Below, in pieces: positions 25,801 to 32,000 of a DNA stretch of 32,000 bases; positions within the stretch are counted from its first letter, which is position 1; every line of letters starts with the position of its first letter. A program made the position numbers and the translations under genes. The notes beneath the pieces are model-generated. The model ran no database searches. It was not told where the DNA came from and worked only from the letters and a program-made list of their open reading frames with translations. This stretch comes from Delftia acidovorans NBRC 14950 (GTDB lineage Bacteria > Pseudomonadota > Gammaproteobacteria > Burkholderiales > Burkholderiaceae_C): the NCBI RefSeq assembly GCF_001598795.1, contig NZ_BCZP01000002.1:240001-272000 (forward strand), in the 5' to 3' direction.

Positions 25801-26463
25801 ATGAAAAAGCTCTTCACCACCGTCGCCGTTGCCGCCGCCATGGCCAGCCCCGCCCTGACACAGGCCCAGTTCTCCATGCCCTCCATCCCGGGTGTCGGCA
25901 AGCTCATGGGCGGCAGCGGCTCTGCCGACGTGGCCGGCCAGGGCGACGCCCTGGTGCGCAGCTATGTGGGCGCCAGCAAGGAGGTGCTCAGCGCCAATGC
26001 CAAGATGGCCACGGCCCTGGGCCTGAAGGAGCAGGCCGCCAGCGCCGCCAGCACGGCGGACAGCCTGGGTGATGGCGCCACCCTCGGCGCGCTGGGCGAT
26101 GGCAACAAGGTGGTCTCGGACACCAGCGGCGCGATTGCCGAGTCCATGGCGAAGAAGCCCGTGCTCGATGCCGCCTCCAAGGCCACCTTCGCCGAGGGGC
26201 TGGTGCACCTGGTCAACGGCAGCGTGAAGTACGCCGGCATGGGCAAGGATGTATCGGTCATGGGCAAGAGCCTGCAAAGCGCCAACCCCATGCAACTGAC
26301 CAAGCTCACCTCCGCGGCCTGGGTGGTGTCCAAGTTCCCCGGCTCGGCCTCCGACCTGTTCAGCACTGTGCAGACGGCCATTGCATTCGCGCGGGCCAAC
26401 GACATCGAGGTGCCGGCCAATGCGGCTGACGCCACGGCCGCGCTGGGCACGCTCAAGCTGTGA
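25801..26463 (+). CDS. Exported Ala/Gly/Ser-rich, probably helical protein (220 aa), unknown function
   Basis: Signal peptide MKKLFTTVAVAAAMASPALTQA. Host-like codon bias. No recognisable family. No obvious SD. Confidence 0.65.
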   Translation: MKKLFTTVAVAAAMASPALTQAQFSMPSIPGVGKLMGGSGSADVAGQGDALVRSYVGASKEVLSANAKMATALGLKEQAASAASTADSLGDGATLGALGDGNKVVSDTSGAIAESMAKKPVLDAASKATFAEGLVHLVNGSVKYAGMGKDVSVMGKSLQSANPMQLTKLTSAAWVVSKFPGSASDLFSTVQTAIAFARANDIEVPANAADATAALGTLKL

Positions 26464-26489
26464 TCCGGTACAGGCAAGGAGCACTTTCT

Positions 26490-27944
26490 ATGCGTATCCG
26501 CATCATTGCGGCCGTCGTGGCTGCCTGCGCCGCCATGTCCGGCTGTGGCGACAAGCCGTCCGAGCAGCCCAGGACCGACGCGCCTGAACAACCCCAAAGC
26601 GTCGCCCCGCCCGTGCCCGACGTGGGCAGGCTGGAGACCGTCGAGGTCCAGGTCACCGGCCTGGGCCAGTCCCCTGGCGAAGCCATGGCGCAGGCGCTGC
26701 AGATGGCGCTGCTGCAGGTCAATGGCGCGGTGATCCAGTCCGCCTCGGTCACGGCCAAGTACGGCCTCGACGTGGCGCTGGGGCAGGACGCCGCCTCGCT
26801 GCGCGCCAGCGCCTTCGCCGAGGTGGTCAAGCAAAAGTCCGGTGGCGTCATCCAGTCGGTCCAGGTGGTGGATCTGGAAGAGCCCAAGCCTTGGGCCAAG
26901 CGCTACAAGTACACCATCAAGGCCAGCATCTCCAAGTTCAAGCCTTCGGCCGAGATGCAGAAGATCAAGGTCGTGGTCGGGCCGATGCGCTTCGAGCAGG
27001 CCTCGTTGCCCATGGGCGACCGCAGCGTTTCCGCCGCCGAGGTGGGTGCAACGCTGAGGCAACGCATCAGCGACGCCCTGGTGCAGACAGGCCGCTTTGC
27101 CGTGCTGGACCGCGAATTCAGCCCCGAGATCGAGCAGGAACTGGCCATCATCGCCACGGGCCAGGCGCCCAGTGCCGAGCTGGCCAAGCTGTCCCAGGCT
27201 GCCAGCGCCGATCTGGTGTGGAGCGCCCGCGTCAGCAGCTTTGCCTACAACCGCCATGCCCGCCAGCTCAAGACCAGTGACCGCCAATTGGTGAGCTACT
27301 CGGGCGGCTGGGCCCTGTCGCAGAAGCTGGTGAATGTGGCCACGCGCCAGGTCACGGCCTCGGATTCGCTGCGCGGCTCCGTCCCTTCCACGGCACCGAC
27401 CACGCTGGGCGCGGGCGTGGATGGCAACAAGGTCATGACCGACATGAGCGATGCGCTGGTCGCCGGCGTGGTCAGCTCCATCCTGCAGCGCACCTTTCCG
27501 CTGACCGTGGTCGCCCGCGATGGCGAAAGCGTGGTGCTGAGCCAGGGCGGCCAGGCCGTGAAGGAGGGCGCGCGCTACCAGGTGGTGGCCATGGGCAAGG
27601 AGATGAAGGACCCGCAGACCGGGCAAAGCCTGGGGCGCCTGGAGTCACCGTGCTGCGAACTGGTGGTCGATCGCGTGACTCCAAACCTCTCCTACGGCCA
27701 CCTGGAGAACATGCGCGGCGGCATGGAAGACCTGCCACCGGGCGGGCTGCAGGTGCGTGAGGTGCTGAAGGCATCCGCCGCGCCGGTGCTGGCCGCACAG
27801 GCTGCATCAGGCGATACGGCCGCGGCCGCTGAGCCCCAGGCCGCACCGGCCCGTGCTGCACAACCGCCCGCAGCACGCCGCGCGGCCTCGCCCGCCAAGG
27901 AGGCCGATGCCCCGGTCGGCAAGAAGGACGACGACAACTGGTAA
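26490..27944 (+). CDS. Multidomain outer-membrane lipoprotein with a central CsgG/HfaB-family-like domain
   Basis: SD aaggag lies 8 nt upstream of the ATG at 26490. Lipobox AAMSGC. The centre KIKVVVGPMRF...LRQRISDALVQTGRFAVLDREFSPEIEQELAIIATGQ...ASADLVWSARVSSF matches the CsgG-family core pattern. The N-terminal TGLGQSPGEAMAQALQMALLQVNGAVIQS looks LPP20-like. A C-terminal beta-rich segment (VVLSQGGQAVKEGARYQVVAMGKEMKDPQTGQSLGRLE) is followed by an Ala/Pro-rich tail. Confidence 0.8.
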   Translation: MRIRIIAAVVAACAAMSGCGDKPSEQPRTDAPEQPQSVAPPVPDVGRLETVEVQVTGLGQSPGEAMAQALQMALLQVNGAVIQSASVTAKYGLDVALGQDAASLRASAFAEVVKQKSGGVIQSVQVVDLEEPKPWAKRYKYTIKASISKFKPSAEMQKIKVVVGPMRFEQASLPMGDRSVSAAEVGATLRQRISDALVQTGRFAVLDREFSPEIEQELAIIATGQAPSAELAKLSQAASADLVWSARVSSFAYNRHARQLKTSDRQLVSYSGGWALSQKLVNVATRQVTASDSLRGSVPSTAPTTLGAGVDGNKVMTDMSDALVAGVVSSILQRTFPLTVVARDGESVVLSQGGQAVKEGARYQVVAMGKEMKDPQTGQSLGRLESPCCELVVDRVTPNLSYGHLENMRGGMEDLPPGGLQVREVLKASAAPVLAAQAASGDTAAAAEPQAAPARAAQPPAARRAASPAKEADAPVGKKDDDNW

Positions 27945-27994
27945 GCGACAAGCGGCGGGGAGGTGCGCTGCGGCGCCTTTCCCCGTGCGGGTGC

Positions 27995-28636
27995 TCAGCT
28001 GAAAACCTCGTCGCGCGCACCGCCTTCCAGGTGCTGCACATCGCCCCAGCCGACCAGGCCCAGGCCCTGGGGCGTCCACAGCAGGCGGTTGATGGCCGCG
28101 TTGCCCAGCGCCCAGGTGCGTGGCGCCTGCACTTCCTGGTGCGTGGCCAGGCGGTAGAGCACATCCATCACGCCGCCATGCGCCACGATCACGATCTGCT
28201 CGCCGGGATGGCCAATGGCCAGCCGGTTCACCGTGGCCGAGATGCGGTCGCGCAGCATCAGCAGCGACTCGCCGCCGCCTGCGGGCACGAACTCGGGATC
28301 GCGCTTGCGCCAGCGCAGCGCATCCTCAGGGTGGGACGCCTCGATATCGTTGAAGGTCTGGCCCTCGAAGCTGCCGAAGCAGCGCTCGCGAAGGCCCTTG
28401 TCGGCCGTCAGCGTCGCCCCCGTGCTTGCGGCCACGGCCTCGGCCGTGACATAGGCACGCAGAAGGTCGCTGCTGTAGATGGCGGCCACCGACTCACCCG
28501 CCAGGGCCTTGCCGGCCTGGGCGGCCTGCCAAAGTCCCATGTCGTTCAGAGGAATGTCCAGATGGCCCTGGATGCGGGCGTCCACATTCCAGGCGGTTTC
28601 TCCGTGGCGGATGGCAATGATGCGCGTGGCTTGCAT
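27995..28636 (-). CDS. Histidine phosphatase family protein (phosphoglycerate mutase GpmB/CobC-like)
   Basis: RIIAIRHGETAWN contains the catalytic RHG motif, with the later IVAHGGV. The start was trimmed to MQATRII (ATG 28636). Confidence 0.85.
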   Translation of the reverse strand: MQATRIIAIRHGETAWNVDARIQGHLDIPLNDMGLWQAAQAGKALAGESVAAIYSSDLLRAYVTAEAVAASTGATLTADKGLRERCFGSFEGQTFNDIEASHPEDALRWRKRDPEFVPAGGGESLLMLRDRISATVNRLAIGHPGEQIVIVAHGGVMDVLYRLATHQEVQAPRTWALGNAAINRLLWTPQGLGLVGWGDVQHLEGGARDEVFS

Positions 28637-28737
28637 GAGGGGCTGGCGTGGGGTGCTGCAAAAAGAGCAGGCATTGTCCCGCAAGCCAGGCAAGCCTGCA
28701 TCGCGCGCCACCGTTGAAACTGGCGCGGCCCAACTCA

Positions 28738-28835
28738 GGGACGCCGAGCAAGAGCCGCCTCGCGGCGGGGGCGCCCGGCCGAAGGCGTCGTCCCCCTCCG
28801 CGAAGCGAGAAGGGGGAAGCGGCGCAGCCGCTCAG
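28738..28835. other. GC-rich multi-hairpin element immediately downstream of the Gly-rich secreted protein gene (terminator cluster, REP-like element or small RNA)
   Basis: Four adjacent short hairpins: ccgcc-tcgc-ggcgg, gcc-gaa-ggc, ccccc..cgc-gaa-gcg..ggggg and agcggc-gca-gccgct. Flanking gggacgcc / ggcgtc..cccc could close a longer stem. Confidence 0.3.
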
Positions 28836-28839
28836 GGGG

Positions 28840-29331
28840 TCAGATCAGCGATTTTGCGTTGTCCAGCACGAAGTCGCAGGCCTTCTCCTTGAGGTCGCCC
28901 TTGAGCTTGTCGATGCTGAAGCTCTTGCCGTTGGAGCCGGTGACCAGGCCGCCCAGGCCGTTCTGGAATCCCGTGTCCTTGGGCTCTTCCTGCTTTTGCA
29001 TGCCCAGCTTGCCCAGCAACTGGTCCTTGACCTGGGCAGCCTTGTCGGCATTGAGGTAGTTGTTCTTCATGCAGTAGGAGATGACGCCTGCCGCATTGCC
29101 GGCCGTGGCCGAGGGGCTCAGGCCCAGGGCGGACAGCGCACCCGCACCGCCTGCCCCCGCACCCAGCATGCCGCCGAGGCCGGAGCCGGCGCCTTCGCTG
29201 CTGGCGGCGGCCTTGTCACCGCCAAGCCCGGAGGCCTGGCGCAGCGAGTCGCCCAGGCCCGACGCCTGGGCAGGCAGGGCGCCCAGGCCCAGCATGGCGC
29301 ATAGCAGTGCGCTGGCAATGGATGTCTTCAT
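28840..29331 (-). CDS. Secreted Gly/Ala-rich protein with a conserved two-Cys C-terminal domain (DUF2501-like as I recall the family)
   Basis: Signal peptide MKTSIASALLCAMLGLGALPAQA and a Gly-rich region with three SGLG repeats. The C-terminal AGNAAGVISYCMKNNYL...KEKACDFVLDNAKSLI resembles DUF2501 proteins. This is from memory and was not searched. Confidence 0.7.
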   Translation of the reverse strand: MKTSIASALLCAMLGLGALPAQASGLGDSLRQASGLGGDKAAASSEGAGSGLGGMLGAGAGGAGALSALGLSPSATAGNAAGVISYCMKNNYLNADKAAQVKDQLLGKLGMQKQEEPKDTGFQNGLGGLVTGSNGKSFSIDKLKGDLKEKACDFVLDNAKSLI

Positions 29332-29573
29332 GGATGCTTCCTTTCCGCGGCAACCCGCAGGCTCGATACAGGGCCTGAAATTAGCACGCCGTGCGGCGCA
29401 GACCTGTGCCCGATTGCAAACCTTTGCCAGAGCAGGCCGTGGCGGTCTTTCGCGTTTTCACTAGCTGTCAAAGCCGTTGGCCTGTCCATAATGGCCGCAC
29501 GCCAATGGCGGGCCGCAGGCGGCGGTCTTGTTATTTGGAAATGGCTTTTAAGTATAAAAATCAATTCAACAAG

Positions 29574-29592
29574 CTGTAAAAGTTATTTACAG
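29574..29592. promoter_or_regulatory. Perfect inverted repeat ctgtaaa-N5-tttacag in the AT-rich region upstream of the ABC operon; candidate operator
   Basis: A 7-bp perfect dyad (TGT-N11-ACA core) lies about 95 nt upstream of the binding-protein ATG. It sits just downstream of an AT-rich stretch containing ttgtta and tataaa hexamers with a suboptimal 19-nt spacer. Confidence 0.35.
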
Positions 29593-29686
29593 TGGGGCGC
29601 ACCTATATGGCCCGCTTCTTGCGGCGCCCGGGCTGCTGCGTCGCATGACCGCCGCCATTCCAATCAATCCACAGGGGAGCAGACAA

Positions 29687-31279
29687 ATGATCATGAAGAT
29701 TCTGGGCAGTTCTTTGCTGGCCGCAGGCCTGTTGACCTCGGCCGCGCTGGCCCAGGCCGAGACCGTGCGTTGGGCGCGCGGCTCCGATCCGACTTCGCTG
29801 GACCCGCATGCCTTCAATGTGGGCACCAATTTCGTGCTGCTGCACCAGATCTACGAAACCCTGGTCATCCGCTCGGCCGACGGCAAGCTGGTGCCCACGC
29901 TGGCCACCTCGTGGAAGATGACCTCCGACCCGTCGGTCTGGGAGTTCAAGCTGCGTCCCAACGTCAAGTTCCATGACGGCACGCCGTTCACGGCGCGCGA
30001 CGTGGTCTTCTCGCTGAACCGCGCCAAGGGCGAGAACGCCCAGGTCAAGTCCCTGCTGTCCTCGATGGAGGAGGCCAAGGCCGTGGACGATCTCACGGTG
30101 CAGGTGAAGACCAAGGGCCCGAACCTGATCTTCCCCGACAACCTGACCAACCTCTTCATCATGAGCGAGAAGTGGTCCAAGGCCAACGGCGCCGAGACCA
30201 CGCAGGACACGGCCAGCAAGACCGAGAACGGCGCCACGCGCGCGGCCAACGGCACGGGCGCCTATGTGCTGGCCAGCCGCGAGGTCGATTCGAAGACGGT
30301 GATGAAGCTCAACCCCGACTACTGGGGCAAGGGCCAGTTCCCGCTGCAGGTGACCGAGCTGATCTACCTGCCCATCAAGTTCCCGGCCACGCGCGTGGCG
30401 GCCCTGCTGTCGGGCGAGGTGGACTTCGCCCAGGACATTCCCGCGCAGGACGTGGCGCGCCTGAAGCAGGACAAGCGCCTGCGCATCAATGAAGGTCCCG
30501 AGAACCGCTCCATCTTCCTGGGCCTGAACGTGGGTGCGGCAGAGCTCAAGAGCAGCAACGTCAAGGGCAAGAATCCGCTGGCCGATCCCAAGGTGCGCCA
30601 GGCCATTGAGCTGGCCATCGACCGCGATGCGATCAAGCGCTCGGTGATGCGCGGCCTGTCGATTCCCACGGGCGTGATCGCGCCGTCGTTCGTCAATGGC
30701 TACGACAAGGCCTTTGCGGCCTATCCCAAGGCGGATGCCGCCAAGGCCAAGCAGCTGCTGGCCGAGGCGGGATACCCCAACGGCTTCACCATCACGCTGA
30801 ACACGCCCAATGACCGCTATGTGAACGACGAGGCCATTGCCACGGCAGTCGCGGGCTTCCTGGGCCGCATCGGCATCAAGACCGAAGTCTCGGCCCGGCC
30901 GATTGCCATGCACAGCGTGTCGCTGACCAAGGCGGACAGCGACTTCTACCTGTACGGCTGGGGCGTGCCCACCTATGACTCGGCCTACATCTTCGACTTC
31001 CTGGTGCACACGCGCGGCAAGGACAGCCGTGGCGCGCAGAACGCGACGCACTACAGCAATGCCGATGTGGATGCCAAGATACTGTCCCTGTCCTCGGAGA
31101 GCGACAAGGCAAAGCGCGATGCCACCATCAAGAGCATCTGGGAGACCGTGCAAAAGGAGCGCTTCTACATTGCGCTGCATGACCAGGTGATCCACTTCGC
31201 GTCCGTGCCCCGGATCAATGTGCCCGTGCACCCGGACAACGCGCTGCACTTCAAGTTCGTCAAGTTCGAGAAGAAGTAA
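29687..31279 (+). CDS. ABC transporter periplasmic substrate-binding protein, family 5 (peptide/nickel/opine type)
   Basis: Signal peptide MIMKILGSSLLAAGLLTSAALAQA. The sequences TVRWARGSDPTSLDPH, WEFKLRPNVKFHDGTPFTARDVVFS and YGWG fit SBP_bac_5. SD ggggag lies 7 nt upstream of the ATG at 29687. Confidence 0.9.
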   Translation: MIMKILGSSLLAAGLLTSAALAQAETVRWARGSDPTSLDPHAFNVGTNFVLLHQIYETLVIRSADGKLVPTLATSWKMTSDPSVWEFKLRPNVKFHDGTPFTARDVVFSLNRAKGENAQVKSLLSSMEEAKAVDDLTVQVKTKGPNLIFPDNLTNLFIMSEKWSKANGAETTQDTASKTENGATRAANGTGAYVLASREVDSKTVMKLNPDYWGKGQFPLQVTELIYLPIKFPATRVAALLSGEVDFAQDIPAQDVARLKQDKRLRINEGPENRSIFLGLNVGAAELKSSNVKGKNPLADPKVRQAIELAIDRDAIKRSVMRGLSIPTGVIAPSFVNGYDKAFAAYPKADAAKAKQLLAEAGYPNGFTITLNTPNDRYVNDEAIATAVAGFLGRIGIKTEVSARPIAMHSVSLTKADSDFYLYGWGVPTYDSAYIFDFLVHTRGKDSRGAQNATHYSNADVDAKILSLSSESDKAKRDATIKSIWETVQKERFYIALHDQVIHFASVPRINVPVHPDNALHFKFVKFEKK

Positions 31280-31285
31280 GCGCCG

Positions 31286-32000
31286 ATGCTGGTCCATCTG
31301 CTGCGCCGGCTGGGCCAGTCCGCCCTGGTCCTGCTGGCCGTTTCCTTTGTCTCGTTCATGGTGTTCCGCCATATCGGCGATCCCACGATCAGCCTGCTGG
31401 GCGAGGACGCGACGGTTGCCGAGCGCGAGGCGCTGACGGAAAGCCTGGGCTTCAACAAGCCCGTGCCCCTGCAGTACCTGGGTTACGTGGGCAAGGTGCT
31501 GCAGGGCGACCTGGGCATCTCCTACCGGCTCAAGCGCCCCGTGACCGAGATCATTGCCGAGCGCCTGCCCGCCACGCTGGAGCTGGCGATGACGGCGGCG
31601 CTGTTCGCCCTGGTCATCGGCGTGGCGCTGGGCGTGTATACGGCCATACGGCGCGAGGGCTGGCTGAGCCGCTCGATCATGACGGTGTCGCTGGTGGGCG
31701 TGTCCTTGCCCACCTTCCTGATCGGCATCGCCCTGATCTACCTGTTCGCCGTGGAGCTGCGCTGGCTGCCGTCCTTCGGGCGCGGCGAGACAGTGAAGCT
31801 GGGCGGCTGGGAGACCGGGCTGCTGACGGCCTCGGGCTGGTCGGCGCTGATCCTGCCGGCCATCACGCTGGGCTTCTACAACATGACGCTGATCATGCGC
31901 CTGGTGCGCGCCGAGATGCTGGAGGTGCTGCGCGCCGACTACATGCGCTTCGGCCGTGCGCGCGGGCTGCGCGAGCGCGACCTGTACTTTGGCCATGCGC
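31286..32000 (+). CDS. ABC transporter permease (DppB/OppB-like), 3-prime end truncated by the window
   Basis: Hand translation from ATG 31286 gives MLVHLLRRLGQSALVLLAVSFVSFMVFRHIGDP...LGFNKPVPLQYLGYVGKVLQGDLGISY, which is the typical DppB N-terminus. The frame is open to the window end. It is absent from the ORF track because no stop is reached. Confidence 0.9.
   Translation, partial: MLVHLLRRLGQSALVLLAVSFVSFMVFRHIGDPTISLLGEDATVAEREALTESLGFNKPVPLQYLGYVGKVLQGDLGISYRLKRPVTEIIAERLPATLELAMTAALFALVIGVALGVYTAIRREGWLSRSIMTVSLVGVSLPTFLIGIALIYLFAVELRWLPSFGRGETVKLGGWETGLLTASGWSALILPAITLGFYNMTLIMRLVRAEMLEVLRADYMRFGRARGLRERDLYFGHA

Noticed and set aside
1-32000. Looked for CRISPR arrays, tRNA or rRNA genes, IS elements, integrases and known defence-system genes such as nucleases, helicase-methylase pairs, retron RT or CBASS-type cyclases.
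   Set aside because: I saw no regularly spaced repeats. No intergenic region is long enough or has tRNA-like conserved arms. No translated ORF shows transposase, integrase, RT or defence-type motifs. Absence is judged by eye only.

Overview
High-G+C chromosomal window from a proteobacterium. It is probably a Burkholderiales/Comamonadaceae-like betaproteobacterium; this is inferred from composition, two Bug/TctC-type binding proteins and the gene families present. About 30 protein genes tile it densely. I recognised no rRNA, tRNA, CRISPR array, transposase or integrase. The many long ORFs antisense to real genes are stop-poor high-GC artefacts. Housekeeping and ordinary content: a FixJ/LuxR-type two-component pair, a CDF metal exporter translationally coupled to dtd, a secreted M20 peptidase, and a TauE/SafE exporter. 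Also present are a LysR-controlled Bug/CoA-transferase/AcuI operon, ybeY and phoH, ruvAB, two Bug binding proteins, a histidine phosphatase, and the start of a Dpp/Opp-type ABC importer. Five regions deserve a second look. (1) 23.4-27.9 kb holds a four-gene cluster encoding only exported proteins, ending in a multidomain CsgG/HfaB-like lipoprotein. None of the usual curli, holdfast or flagellar partner genes is nearby, so this is my best candidate for an undescribed envelope assembly or secretion module. (2) The mgtA-mgtC operon has a long leader. It contains a strongly SD-preceded proline-rich 39-codon ORF starting MDPDP, reminiscent of enterobacterial MgtL. A 15-bp hairpin follows and abuts the next start codon. 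Two further small ORFs lie in the same leader. (3) One gene fuses an alkylglycerol-monooxygenase-like fatty-acid hydroxylase domain to a YhhN lysoplasmalogenase domain. (4) A small lower-GC islet carries an Arc-type repressor and a divergent acidic protein. (5) Several candidate regulatory elements: a sigma-54-like -24/-12 box, a LysR T-N11-A dyad, a perfect 7-bp inverted repeat, and a multi-hairpin GC-rich element. All functional calls come from reading the translated ORFs and recalling family motifs. No database search was run.
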